A stretch of 64,000 nt of DNA from positions 60,385-124,384 of the forward strand of contig CAZDDU010000002.1 in the NCBI GenBank assembly GCA_964504255.1, given 5' to 3'. The translations under genes were made by a program, and so were the position numbers. Source of the stretch: an uncultured Candidatus Saccharibacteria bacterium (GTDB lineage: Bacteria; Patescibacteriota; Minisyncoccia; Phycocordibacterales; Zambryskibacteraceae). Positions 26,507 through 36,593 of the stretch are shown in pieces; positions within the stretch are counted from its first letter, which is position 1, and each line of letters begins with the position of its first letter. The notes below the pieces were generated by a model. That model was not told the DNA's origin. It ran no database searches and was given only the letters and a program-made list of their open reading frames with translations.

Positions 26507-27235
26507 TTATGCAAAATTTGGCACACCTATCTTGTCTGTCTCCATTTCAATTTCGCCATGCTTCACTTCCTGATTCACTCTGAGTACTCCCCTCTTAACG
26601 AGTTCAAGTACAGCAAGGAAGCCGACAATTGTGTTCACCTTCTCTTCCTTACTATACACTTCGCTGAACTTCATTCGCATGCCCTTGGCAATCCTTTCCG
26701 ACAGTTTCTCTATCATCTGCTCAAGGGTAATGATCTTTTTTATCGTAGTTTTCGGCAAGGCTTCCTTCTTGGGTAAGGTATTCAAGAGGTGCATCAAGAT
26801 ATTCGAGAGGTTCTCCACATCGGTCTTTGAGTCTGGAGAAAAGACAATTATCTCACTCCTTTTGGGTTCCTTCTCAAAAATAATTTTTTGTCCGTAAAGC
26901 TTCTTCAGTTCGACAGTCAGTTCTTTGACCTTCTGGTAGAGCTTCAAGCGGTCCTCGAGGTCCTCTATAGATGCAGTCTCTTCCTCCGTGAGAGGTAGCG
27001 AAGGTAACAGAGAACGACTCTTGATGAGCATTAGAGTCGAGGCCACAAGTATGAACTCTGCACTCTCGTTTATGGGGAATTCTTCATGCATCTCGATATA
27101 CTTAACGAAGTCGTCTGTCACTTGAGAGAGCGAAACATCGTTCACAAAGAGTTTCCTCTTTTCTATAAGATCCAAAAGCAAGTCGAGTGGTCCGGTGAAT
27201 ACCTCTGTCTTAACTGAGTAGCCGAACCCATTCAT
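26507..27235 (-). CDS. scpA: Segregation and condensation protein A
   Basis: FTGPLDLLLDLI, IKSRSLLP, FLAVLELVK. Confidence 0.95.
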   Translation of the reverse strand: MNGFGYSVKTEVFTGPLDLLLDLIEKRKLFVNDVSLSQVTDDFVKYIEMHEEFPINESAEFILVASTLMLIKSRSLLPSLPLTEEETASIEDLEDRLKLYQKVKELTVELKKLYGQKIIFEKEPKRSEIIVFSPDSKTDVENLSNILMHLLNTLPKKEALPKTTIKKIITLEQMIEKLSERIAKGMRMKFSEVYSKEEKVNTIVGFLAVLELVKRGVLRVNQEVKHGEIEMETDKIGVPNFA

Positions 27236-27236
27236 G

Positions 27237-28583
27237 TTAGTTAGATTCTGAAAGACGCTCGTCTATGCGGTCCATGTCTCTGGGAAACATAGATGCTTCG
27301 CGTACATTCTTGAGTCCTAGTAGTTGCATAGTCACACGCTCAGCACCAAGGGCGAAACCGCCTTCAGGAGGTACTCCGTACTTGAAGGCCTCGAGAAACA
27401 TCTTGATTTTATTTGGGTCCATCTTCCACTCCTTAACATGCTCAAGCAGTTGGTCGTATTTGTTGACTCTCCTACCACCTGACATCCATTCGAGTCCTCG
27501 GCAAAGTAGGTCCACACCTTCATTGAACTCTGGATTCTCTGGGTTTGGATACACATAGAAGGGCTTCTTCCTTGTTGGGTAGCCGTAGACGAAAACGAAG
27601 TCAGAGCCTGTCTCCTTCTTCACAATCTCACAAATTTCTCTTTCGTCTTGAGCATTGAGATCCTTCTCCCCTCTCACATCTCTGCCAAATTCTTTAAATA
27701 TTTTGTCCTGAGCTTCTGTGAGCGAGATGGTCGGAGTCTTCTCTATCATTATAGGTAGTTCAACCTTGAGTAACTTTAGATGTTCTGCATTGTCTTCCGA
27801 CACTCTCTTCAAGATGTGTCTCACTGTACTCTCGGCCATATCCTTCACATCCTCCCAACTTTCAATGAATCCCATCTCAGCATCAAGTGAGACTACTTCA
27901 GTCAGATGTCTAGTGGTCGCACTTGGTTCAGCACGGAAGATCTTGTTCACCGAGAAGACACGCTCGAAAGCCGACATCACAATTTGCTTGTAGAGTTGAG
28001 GTGATTGAGTGAGATAAGCTTTCTTGTCGAAGTAATCAACTTGGAAGACCTCGCTTCCTCCCTCCGCAACCGCAGGAGTAATTGCTGGTGCTTGGAATTC
28101 GAAGAACATGTTCTTCTTCAAATGTTCTCTAAAGGCATCGATTATGGTCTCTTGGACTTTGAACACTGCCTGAACTTTAGGATGCCTTAGTACTAGAGCT
28201 CTGTTGTCGAGTTCTGTCACTAAGTCTAGGTTGTAACCGTCTATAGACATGTCGAATGGTAGAGGCTCTGCCTTGGCAAGTACTTCGACACTAGTAACCT
28301 CAAGCTCTATGTCGCCGTTTGTAACCTCGGGGTTAACATTCTTCTCTGGGCGCGCGTTTACTTTACCAACGATCTTAACCACCCATTCTGAACGGAGTTG
28401 TTTGGCTACTTCTAGTGCCTCTGTGTGGTTTGGGAGTACTACAGACTGGACCTTGCCCGTCATGTCTCGAATATCGAGGAAGATCATCTTACCTTGGTCA
28501 CGACGCACATCTACCCAGCCAGAGATACTGACCTCCTCACCTTTCTTCGCACTTAAATCCTTGATGAATGTTCTTTTATGCAT
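27237..28583 (-). CDS. aspS: Aspartate-tRNA(Asn) ligase, short non-discriminating type
   Basis: OB fold GWVDVRRDQG, AYLTQSPQLYKQ, FRAE, PPEGGFALGAER; no bacterial GAD insert. Confidence 0.9.
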   Translation of the reverse strand: MHKRTFIKDLSAKKGEEVSISGWVDVRRDQGKMIFLDIRDMTGKVQSVVLPNHTEALEVAKQLRSEWVVKIVGKVNARPEKNVNPEVTNGDIELEVTSVEVLAKAEPLPFDMSIDGYNLDLVTELDNRALVLRHPKVQAVFKVQETIIDAFREHLKKNMFFEFQAPAITPAVAEGGSEVFQVDYFDKKAYLTQSPQLYKQIVMSAFERVFSVNKIFRAEPSATTRHLTEVVSLDAEMGFIESWEDVKDMAESTVRHILKRVSEDNAEHLKLLKVELPIMIEKTPTISLTEAQDKIFKEFGRDVRGEKDLNAQDEREICEIVKKETGSDFVFVYGYPTRKKPFYVYPNPENPEFNEGVDLLCRGLEWMSGGRRVNKYDQLLEHVKEWKMDPNKIKMFLEAFKYGVPPEGGFALGAERVTMQLLGLKNVREASMFPRDMDRIDERLSESN

Positions 28584-29526
28584 TGTGTATGAGTCCTACC
28601 TTACTTCTAACTTCTACCATCTTGTCGTGAACAACCTTCCTCATCCTCTTGCCACCCTCGGCCACTATATTGTCTACCTCGTCCATCTTCCCTGCCCATT
28701 CAGCCCGACTCTCTCGCATTGGTCTTATGAAGTTCTTGATATCTTCGGCTAGTAACTCCTTTAACTTCTTGTACTGGCCTTTGTTCTCATTGTAAATTGT
28801 GTCTAGTTCATTGTTGGTTCTAAACAATTGGTGGATTTTGAATACATTCTCAGGATACTCGCCAGACGAATCAGTAACGATACCCATCACCGCTTTCTCT
28901 ATCTCAGCGTCTTCAGCAAAGAGAGGTATGGTGTTGCCGTAGCTCTTGCTCATCTTCTGTCCATCGGTCCCTGGTACAGTCTCTACGGCTTCTAGTACAA
29001 GCTCCTTAGGCTCTTTAAGAGTCTCACCATAGATGTTGTTGAAGTCACGAGCTACTTCGCGTGCGATTTCTATGTGTTGCTTCTGATCCTTGCCGACAGG
29101 CACTACGTCTGCATCATGTACAAGGATGTCTGCTGCCATGAGTAACGGATAGTTAAATGTCCCCACATTGATGTCGGCATTCTTTGCCTCCTTATCTTTG
29201 AAGACGTGCGCGCGCATGAGCTCAGACATAGTAGTAAGGCAAGAGAAGATCCAAGAGAGCTCTGTCACATGTGGTACATCCGATTGATAGTAGAGAGTAA
29301 CCTTCTTTGGGTCGAGTCCTATAGCAAGGAAGTCGAGTACCATCTCACGAGATATTTTCTTAAGCTCCTCTGGATTTTGTAGAGTGGTGAGGGCGTGGAG
29401 GTTCGCGATAAATATCCTTGTCTCGTACTCATCTTGTAGGTCGACAAATTGCTTAAGTGCACCAAAGTAATTACCTATGTGTAGCCGGCCCGAAGGCTGG
29501 ACCCCCGAGACAAGAATTTTCTTCAT
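28576..29526 (-). CDS. trpS: Tryptophan-tRNA ligase
   Basis: SGVQPSGRLHIGNY, YPLLMAADIL, VPVGKDQ, KMSKS. Confidence 0.97.
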   Translation of the reverse strand: MKKILVSGVQPSGRLHIGNYFGALKQFVDLQDEYETRIFIANLHALTTLQNPEELKKISREMVLDFLAIGLDPKKVTLYYQSDVPHVTELSWIFSCLTTMSELMRAHVFKDKEAKNADINVGTFNYPLLMAADILVHDADVVPVGKDQKQHIEIAREVARDFNNIYGETLKEPKELVLEAVETVPGTDGQKMSKSYGNTIPLFAEDAEIEKAVMGIVTDSSGEYPENVFKIHQLFRTNNELDTIYNENKGQYKKLKELLAEDIKNFIRPMRESRAEWAGKMDEVDNIVAEGGKRMRKVVHDKMVEVRSKVGLIHNA

Positions 29527-29556
29527 AAGGCCTATTTTAACAGAAATTCAGGGTAT

Positions 29557-29589
29557 AAAAAAGCCACTAAACCTCTACGGTTAGTGGCT
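29557..29589 (-). terminator. Terminator overlapping stop of 118-aa ORF
   Basis: agccactaa/ttagtggct hairpin with T-tract on minus strand. Confidence 0.65.
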
Positions 29590-29923
29590 CATTGAGCTTG
29601 ACCAATCCCATGTCGATGATTCTCTTCAGATGCTCCTTTTCAAACGAATGCAGCTGATCACTCGGTAGACCCCAAAAGTCGAAATGCTCGACTCCAGGAT
29701 TGTCTTCAAATGCGGGCTTCCAGCGTTCCCCATTCATTCGATGATTGATTGGGTAGAAGAACACCCTGTGCTCTTCGCAACCAGATCTGAATGAGATGAT
29801 AGGGATTAGTCTCCCGCCGTTGATGGTGAGAGCTCCTTCTCTCCATCCTCCCCAAAGTCCATTCTGCCAGAGTAGCCAGATAAACCCGGGTTCAATCGGG
29901 TAAACGACATTGATTATTTTCAC
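29567..29923 (-). CDS. Hypothetical Trp/Pro-rich protein, 118 aa (ORFan cassette)
   Basis: GTG start, GAGGT SD, TGcTACAAT at 29955-29963, own terminator. Confidence 0.7.
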   Translation of the reverse strand: MKIINVVYPIEPGFIWLLWQNGLWGGWREGALTINGGRLIPIISFRSGCEEHRVFFYPINHRMNGERWKPAFEDNPGVEHFDFWGLPSDQLHSFEKEHLKRIIDMGLVKLNEPLTVEV

Positions 29924-29972
29924 AAAGACCTCGTGAGTAGTGTTCCGGATATATATTGTAGCACCAAATAAA

Positions 29973-31604
29973 CTACGCTAAAGGTAGTTCGATGTAGAAG
30001 GTTGAACCCTTACCTGCTCCATGAGTTTCTGCCCAGACACGACCTTTGTGAGCTTCTACCACTCCTTTAACGAAGGCTAGACCGTATCCTGTCGAATTAA
30101 CGTTGTATCTCAATGAATCCTTGCCTCTGCCTCCCTTGGTGAACAGTTTTGGCATATCATCCGATGTAATACCAATACCGGTGTCACTAACAGTGAGTAG
30201 AATTTTCTTAATTCTCTTTTCGAGATGGATGCTAACTCCACCAAGTTCAGTGTAAACAATCGAGTTATTGATCAAGTTCTTCACAGATTCTCGAAGTTGT
30301 ACTTCATCACCAGTAATATTGAAACTCTCACCACTAGGATTGAACTCGATACTTAAGTTTTTGTTCTTAGCAGCATCCTCTGACTCATTAATGGCAAGTT
30401 CAACAACTGTTTTGAAGTCAATCTGCTTCATTGTGAAGGGCAATTTTCCACTTTCTGCACTGGAACCTCTTAGGATTTGCTGTACGAAGTCTATTCCTTC
30501 TGTAAGCGATTTGAATCCTTCGTCGGCCATGGGCTTAGCACTTTCAGGCAGGCCATAGTCCTTCTCTTGTATGAGCTCAATGAAGATGTTTCGTCCTTTG
30601 GAGAGATACCCCTTGATCTGATGGTTAATGATGTGGATAAGGTTTTCTTGACCGTCATTAGCAATTTGTAGCAACTCCTTCTGCTCAACTTCTCTCTGGA
30701 CACTTCTAATAAGTAGGTATCCGAGTGCTGTAAATATGATTAAGGTGAAGACGACTACTTCTTTGAGTACTGTTATGTCGGTAATGAGCAGTGTAGCAAA
30801 TAGAAGTATCCATTGAGCTGTTACGAGTACTTGTGCAGAAATAAGTTTGACGCTAAACAGATGGTATTTGACTATAAGGTATGCAATAACAGCAATAAAC
30901 ACAGGGACGCCGAATAACCCGTACTGACCTATTTGCCAGTCAAAGGACAAACTACCGATAATGTTTCCAAGAGAGAAAGAGAGCAAGAAGAAGACCATTC
31001 CCGAGGTAACTAAAGCGATTTTCTTTCTTTCGGATGAATCTTTGAGATCGAGGAATTTTCTTAGTCCAATTATAAGAATCCATAGAGAGAAGATGACCTC
31101 GATAAAGTAACCATAGAATGGCAGCAACCCTTCCCCAACCTCTCTTTCGCAGTTGGTAAGATCAAAATAAGAAACATTAAGGCCAGTGGATGCAAAAAGG
31201 ATGGTCGGGAGAAGAAGTATTCCGACAGTAAGCTTCTCGTTGAAACTCTTGCTAGGACCATTAATGAATGATGTTATGAAGAACAAAGAACCTGCAAAGA
31301 TCATGGGTTCTATCATGTTGATCATCGACCAAAAGAACATGATGAAAGAAGGTTTTTCAGAAGCCCAAAGTATCAAGTCGAAGGTCAACCAAAGAGATAA
31401 AAGAAGTGTGGTGAACAAAAACCATCTAGATGCCTGTAGTTTGGGATTCTTGTAAAAAATAATTAGGGCCAGCGGTATAGAAACGACAATTGGCAAAAGA
31501 TGTGAGTAGTAAATAAGGTGATCAAAGACGTTGTTGGATATTATGAAAAATCTTGCTGGGTCCCATTCACATATTTGTGCATATTCTGAAATTGTTCTGA
31601 GCAT
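29973..31604 (-). CDS. Membrane sensor histidine kinase (multi-TM N-terminus, HisKA-HATPase_c)
   Basis: INHQIK H-box, NLINNSIVYT N-box, DTGIG G1, GYGLAFVK G2. Confidence 0.92.
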   Translation of the reverse strand: MLRTISEYAQICEWDPARFFIISNNVFDHLIYYSHLLPIVVSIPLALIIFYKNPKLQASRWFLFTTLLLSLWLTFDLILWASEKPSFIMFFWSMINMIEPMIFAGSLFFITSFINGPSKSFNEKLTVGILLLPTILFASTGLNVSYFDLTNCEREVGEGLLPFYGYFIEVIFSLWILIIGLRKFLDLKDSSERKKIALVTSGMVFFLLSFSLGNIIGSLSFDWQIGQYGLFGVPVFIAVIAYLIVKYHLFSVKLISAQVLVTAQWILLFATLLITDITVLKEVVVFTLIIFTALGYLLIRSVQREVEQKELLQIANDGQENLIHIINHQIKGYLSKGRNIFIELIQEKDYGLPESAKPMADEGFKSLTEGIDFVQQILRGSSAESGKLPFTMKQIDFKTVVELAINESEDAAKNKNLSIEFNPSGESFNITGDEVQLRESVKNLINNSIVYTELGGVSIHLEKRIKKILLTVSDTGIGITSDDMPKLFTKGGRGKDSLRYNVNSTGYGLAFVKGVVEAHKGRVWAETHGAGKGSTFYIELPLA

Positions 31605-31605
31605 A

Positions 31606-31761
31606 CTATTCTTCTATTTCTAAAAGTGATTGTTGAAAAAGGGCTTCATCTTCAGCAAATTCAAAATTTTGCTCAACAATATATTTCTTATACATCAAAA
31701 AAGTTGATACCAAGACAATAACTAAAAATATTGATGAGAGTATCTTAGCTCTTTTCTCCAT
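31606..31761 (-). CDS. Small single-TM protein, 51 aa (not in ORF track)
   Basis: MEKRAKILSSIFLVIVLVSTFLMYKKYIVEQNFEFAEDEALFQQSLLEIEE; ATG 7 nt after TACAAT; stop 1 nt before kinase ATG. Confidence 0.7.
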   Translation of the reverse strand: MEKRAKILSSIFLVIVLVSTFLMYKKYIVEQNFEFAEDEALFQQSLLEIEE

Positions 31762-31820
31762 TAATATTATTGTACACCGAATTTAAACTGAAAATCGCAC
31801 ATAATGATTTTTTTGTTAGT

Positions 31821-31853
31821 AAAAAGGGCCGCTAGTTGTTACTAGCGACCCTT
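31821..31853 (-). terminator. Terminator overlapping stop codon
   Basis: aagggccgctagt/actagcgaccctt hairpin with T-tract on minus strand. Confidence 0.7.
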
Positions 31854-32425
31854 CTCGATCTTGCGATGAGCCATACGGTACCATGTTGAAGTACGTAGTT
31901 CATCGGTAGGACCAAGTCCCACCATTTATCCCAACGGAGTGCAACAACCATGACCATGAGTGCGTATGATATGGTCCACACACCCCACGCTCTCGGTATC
32001 TCTTCATTGGGATCGTTCCAAGTGCTGCGGAAGATCGGAATGAATGTGATCCAAATGTCGAGCTCGAGTATAATGCTCGTCGAGTACTTATCTCCGGAGA
32101 GAAAGAAGTACAAGAGCACACTTGCATCAAGCATGATGACCAACAGGTCTGTCCTGTCGGGCATGCGGAGCCTCTCGAGCTTCGCAGCTTCGAGGAATGT
32201 GATGACTGCACCTATGGCACAGACGTAGTACGGCAACACCTTCACCCAGTCCTCAGAGAGATCCTGATAAAGGAAGATTACCGGAATACTAGTCAGCGCC
32301 CAGATGCCCCACGATGTTGCATTGGCTCTCACCTGACGTCGAGCAATGGCTCGGCAATAGACGAGATATCCAGCAAGCATGAAGATGCTTGCGATGAGAC
32401 TCAAGCTCTGCGCAAGAATGTTCAT
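31832..32425 (-). CDS. Multi-TM membrane protein (ORFan cassette)
   Basis: Two related halves (ATSWGIWAL / PRAWGVWTI); start re-called at ATG 32425 with GGAG SD; TTGACA-18-TATACT at 32467-32496. Confidence 0.75.
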   Translation of the reverse strand: MNILAQSLSLIASIFMLAGYLVYCRAIARRQVRANATSWGIWALTSIPVIFLYQDLSEDWVKVLPYYVCAIGAVITFLEAAKLERLRMPDRTDLLVIMLDASVLLYFFLSGDKYSTSIILELDIWITFIPIFRSTWNDPNEEIPRAWGVWTISYALMVMVVALRWDKWWDLVLPMNYVLQHGTVWLIARSRRVASNN

Positions 32426-32529
32426 GGATTGCTCCAATTAAGTGAAAGATCTAATAACCTGATAAAAGTATAGCATAAAATATGGGTACTTGTCAACATT
32501 TGATTATAAGGCTATAATAAGCCTACGTT

Positions 32530-32949
32530 ATGTTGATGGTAAAAACAAAGCTTGGTAGAAGTGAAATTCATGGAATTGGACTCTTTGCCGATCAGTTTAT
32601 ACCTAAGGGTACTACTACCTGGGTTTTTGCTCCAGGATTTGATCTCAGAGTTGAGCATGATGATTTATTGAAACTCTCAGAACATGCTAGAAAAATGTTT
32701 TGGACTTATGCATATGTGGATAAGTTTAATAGTCATTACATACTTTGTTTTGACGATGAGCGCTTTATAAACCACTCTGAAGAGCCGAATGTTATCCAAA
32801 TGAGAAAGGATGGTGAGGCAGAAGGTATTGAGGTAGCAGCTCGTGACATCCAACCAGGTGAAGAGCTATTGGTAAACTATTACGACTTCGATAAAGATGC
32901 AGATAGAAAACTTAAAGGCCTTGGTATCTACGGCGGAAAGTACGATTAG
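32530..32949 (+). CDS. SET-domain protein (putative lysine methyltransferase)
   Basis: SEIHGIGLFA, RFINHSEEPN, ARDIQPGEELLVNY. Confidence 0.92.
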   Translation: MLMVKTKLGRSEIHGIGLFADQFIPKGTTTWVFAPGFDLRVEHDDLLKLSEHARKMFWTYAYVDKFNSHYILCFDDERFINHSEEPNVIQMRKDGEAEGIEVAARDIQPGEELLVNYYDFDKDADRKLKGLGIYGGKYD

Positions 32950-33030
32950 TGCTTATTTGTATCTATTGTAGCATATTTACAATTAGCTTACGATATTGCC
33001 AAATTTTTAGAAAAGCCTAGTATTTAGGCC

Positions 33031-34299
33031 ATGCATATCAAAAATTTTGATCCATACGATTTTAGTAAAAAAGAGATTGATGGAGTGACTATCTATTATA
33101 AAAATATTCCTTGGGCTCCGTGCATAAACATTAGAGTCGTATTTAACACCGGTGCTTTTAATGACCCTGTTGGCAAGGAAGGCCTCTCTCATTTTCTAGA
33201 GCATATGATCTTAGCCGGTTCCCCAATGTTTGAGAATAAGAAAGCTCTTAAAGAGTGGTCTAAGAAGAATGCTTTGAACTCATTTAATGCTTGGACAAGT
33301 TTCTACAACACTACTTTTTGGCTTAGATGCCTACCAGAAAAGTTTGATGTAGCTCTAAGTGGAATGAAAGATGCTGTGTTCGGAGCTTTTATCAGACCTG
33401 AGGATGTTGAGAAGGAAAGAAAGGTTATAACTCAAGAGGCTTGGGGTAGGTTTCAGAATGAGAAGTTCCTAAAATATATTAAGGAGATTAATGCCATACT
33501 TCACCCTGACAATAAATTATCGAGATTTTTTTCCGCACTTGGTTGGCCAGAAACAATAGAGAAGATAAGTAGAGAGGACTTGGCAAGTTGGCACAAAGAG
33601 AACTATGGGTTGAATAATTTTTTTATTGTTGTCACTGGTAATTTTGAGGAAAGTGATTTGGATAAGTTTAATAGTTTCTTAAAGGACTTGCCTAAGGTAT
33701 CCCCTACTGAACTAAGGGTTGATGAAATCAAAGAGCCTACTAAGAATGAAATCATTAAGGAAGCTGATGAAATTGGAGAGATAAAGGAGCAGGTAGAAGT
33801 AAGCTATATGAGGTTTATGGATAAGCTGCCAGACGACTCTATACAGGCCTCATCTCTCTTTAGATTCTTTATTAATGACTTATTAAATGACAAATTAAGA
33901 TATGATCACAGCTTGTGCTATGGAGTTTCTGTAAGATTGTTTACTGATAATACTTACAGTCAATTTCTGGTTAATGTTAAGACTGACCAAAAAAACATTG
34001 ACTTAGTTGATAGCGAATTTAAAAAGCTTATAGAGGAAATTCAGGCCTCAAAGTTTGAGGAGAGATTCGGTGTTGTAAAAAGCACTGCATTAGAGCAAAT
34101 AAGATCAGAAGAGTTAATGTCTGATGATGTTGCAGACACTACTGTTAGACAGGTCTCATCCTTCAAAAGGAATATTACTTTGAAAGAAATTCTTGAAAAT
34201 ATGCAAAATGTGACCTATGCAGACATGATCCGCTTATCAAAACTCACTACTGATCCAAAGTTTCTCTTTAGAGAAATTATTCTCCCCTCTAAGAAATAG
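33031..34299 (+). CDS. M16 family zinc peptidase
   Basis: GLSHFLEHM (HxxEH), FNAWTS, ERKVITQE. Confidence 0.92.
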   Translation: MHIKNFDPYDFSKKEIDGVTIYYKNIPWAPCINIRVVFNTGAFNDPVGKEGLSHFLEHMILAGSPMFENKKALKEWSKKNALNSFNAWTSFYNTTFWLRCLPEKFDVALSGMKDAVFGAFIRPEDVEKERKVITQEAWGRFQNEKFLKYIKEINAILHPDNKLSRFFSALGWPETIEKISREDLASWHKENYGLNNFFIVVTGNFEESDLDKFNSFLKDLPKVSPTELRVDEIKEPTKNEIIKEADEIGEIKEQVEVSYMRFMDKLPDDSIQASSLFRFFINDLLNDKLRYDHSLCYGVSVRLFTDNTYSQFLVNVKTDQKNIDLVDSEFKKLIEEIQASKFEERFGVVKSTALEQIRSEELMSDDVADTTVRQVSSFKRNITLKEILENMQNVTYADMIRLSKLTTDPKFLFREIILPSKK

Positions 34300-34336
34300 T
34301 TCAATACAAGTTTACCCTTCGTTTCCTTGCAGATGG

Positions 34337-34822
34337 TTACAAATGCTTGGCGATTTCCTTCAAATACTCCTTAGAAATTACATGTTCGGTGTTCGGTATG
34401 TACTTAGTAATTTTCATATTCCTTGGTACATACTTCTTCACATCTTCTCTTTCGAATTCACCATAAAAGCACATATAGTTCTTTAGATAAATGTTCTTGG
34501 TATTTGTGATGTCTTTTATCATTACCTTTGGCAAAAATCCTTTTAGCTCATTGTCACATAAGTGAGTTGTTGTAGAGGCAAGGATAAGTTTTGACTTCTT
34601 GCGTTTATCCCAACTAATCATTGCGATAATACCACCAAGAGAAAAGCCAAAGATTACTGAATTGTCCTCTACGTCTATTGCTTGCTTAGAAAGTGATTTA
34701 TTCCAGTCAGGGTTAATTTTAATCACCTTATAACCTTTTTGTTCTGCTAATTTAGCAAGATCTTGGTACTGCTTCCTTCTAGTAGTGTCTGTATAGCCGG
34801 GAATGATGTAGAAAGTTTTCAT
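34337..34822 (-). CDS. Minimal alpha/beta hydrolase
   Basis: IIPGY oxyanion loop, GFSLGG nucleophile elbow, C-terminal EH. Confidence 0.8.
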   Translation of the reverse strand: MKTFYIIPGYTDTTRRKQYQDLAKLAEQKGYKVIKINPDWNKSLSKQAIDVEDNSVIFGFSLGGIIAMISWDKRKKSKLILASTTTHLCDNELKGFLPKVMIKDITNTKNIYLKNYMCFYGEFEREDVKKYVPRNMKITKYIPNTEHVISKEYLKEIAKHL

Positions 34823-34833
34823 TACTTATATAT

Positions 34834-36591
34834 CTACCTAACAAGCTTCTCTAGCTTTTTAATATCCCCTTCTATCCCCTTAAGGCCCGCGAGGAAGAAT
34901 TCTGGTTTTGAGGTATCTATACCAATACTTTTGAATATTGCTTCTGGTGAGGCTGATCTACCCGCTCTTAGGAATTGTTCTATTTTCTTGGAATAGGTCG
35001 GGTCTTCCTTCCATCTTTCGAATAGGGCACGACTAATTATCTGACCGTAGGCATAGGAGTACACATAGAAGAACCTACGCATGTGAGAAAGTTTAACGAA
35101 GAAGTATCCGTCTTCATCTGTAATGTTGAACACATCACCCATATATGACTTGAGGTGTTTGGAGAATAGTTTAGCAATCTTGTCCTTGGATACTTGCCCT
35201 TCCTCTCTTATCCTTTCATGTAGTTCAAGTTCGAAGTTGTAGAAGGCTATTTGTCTGAAGATGGTGGACATGTCACCCATTATTTTGTTGTGTAGAAGAA
35301 TCGTTCTTTCTTCTTTTGACAACTCATTCTCGAGTTCTGAGGACACTAATTGCTCGAAGAAGGTGCTCGCGACTTCGGCTGTAGCTGTTGAATACTTTCT
35401 GTATCTTGCTGGTTGTTGCTTGCTTAGTTCAGTATGGAAGGCATGACCCATCTCATGAGCAAATATCTCTACAGAGCCAACATTATCTGTGTGATTAAGG
35501 AGAACAAAGGTTGGTCTAAGTCCCATGCCCCAACAATATGCTCCACCTCTCTTGCCCTTCCTTGGATAGACATCAATTTGTCCATTCTCTAGAAATCCCT
35601 TGAGTATCTCCAGATATTTAGAATCAACTTTGGCAAAGGCTCTCTTTAGTACTTCAGTTGAAGTTTCAAAGTCAAACTTCTTTTTGATCTCTCCCATCGG
35701 TACTGCTCTATCTCCAACCGATAGTGTTTTTTGTTTTAATAATTTTGCGTGTAGTTTGTAGAATCTTTGGCTAATTTTGAAATTCTTAGTTACCAAGCCA
35801 ACAAGATTATCAATAGACTTTTCGTCATTTTCACAACCAAGAATGGTAGCACTCTGTGGTCTCTTATATCCACGACGCTCGTCCATAATTTTCTTGTAAT
35901 TATATATAGCGTTTATTTCAGCTTCAGCGAAATCGCTTATCTTGAATAACACCTTGTTTATCTCATTGTTTAGATGATCTCTATCTTCTTTGGACTGGTC
36001 GGAAATTATATAAACTGCCTTTGATATAGGAACTTTTTCACCCTTGAAGTTTATAGTCTCTTTGTTCAACACTCTCTCTTGTCCATCTATCCACATTGTG
36101 TAGCTTGTTTGTGACAGCAAGTCTTCTAACTGCTCTTCCTTCTCTGTGAGCATGTATTGCCCAGCTTTAAACGCTTTTTCCAAACCATATCTAAATGGAG
36201 CAAGATTCTTGTCCTTCAAATATACTTTTTGTTTAGCTTTAGGAGTATTGCAAATTGCTAGATGAAAAAAAGTAATTCTTCCTGCCGCCTTAGTGATTCT
36301 TTGTTCAATCTTTGTAGCCAAAGCTCCTGCTACACTGTCGTCTGAATTGAGATCTGTTCTTAGAGCAAAGTACCAGTGTGGGACATTGCCATCAAGATCG
36401 GAGAATAGCTCCTCTCTGTACTTAAGAGCTTCCAGAAGTTTTGAAGCTGATGAGGTAAAATCCTTGCTCTTATATCTCTTCTCCAATTTGCCATAAGCGC
36501 TTTCGTACTTCTTCAAGTATTTTTCTATCTCTGGATCGTTCTCATTCTTGTAGAGAAGTGAGAGATCCCAATTTGTTTTGTATTTTTGCAT
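34834..36591 (-). CDS. pepF: Oligoendopeptidase F (M3B)
   Basis: WDLSLLY, GKRGGAYC, HEMGHAFH, AEVASTFFE, FYVYSYAYG. Confidence 0.93.
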   Translation of the reverse strand: MQKYKTNWDLSLLYKNENDPEIEKYLKKYESAYGKLEKRYKSKDFTSSASKLLEALKYREELFSDLDGNVPHWYFALRTDLNSDDSVAGALATKIEQRITKAAGRITFFHLAICNTPKAKQKVYLKDKNLAPFRYGLEKAFKAGQYMLTEKEEQLEDLLSQTSYTMWIDGQERVLNKETINFKGEKVPISKAVYIISDQSKEDRDHLNNEINKVLFKISDFAEAEINAIYNYKKIMDERRGYKRPQSATILGCENDEKSIDNLVGLVTKNFKISQRFYKLHAKLLKQKTLSVGDRAVPMGEIKKKFDFETSTEVLKRAFAKVDSKYLEILKGFLENGQIDVYPRKGKRGGAYCWGMGLRPTFVLLNHTDNVGSVEIFAHEMGHAFHTELSKQQPARYRKYSTATAEVASTFFEQLVSSELENELSKEERTILLHNKIMGDMSTIFRQIAFYNFELELHERIREEGQVSKDKIAKLFSKHLKSYMGDVFNITDEDGYFFVKLSHMRRFFYVYSYAYGQIISRALFERWKEDPTYSKKIEQFLRAGRSASPEAIFKSIGIDTSKPEFFLAGLKGIEGDIKKLEKLVR

Positions 36592-36593
36592 AT

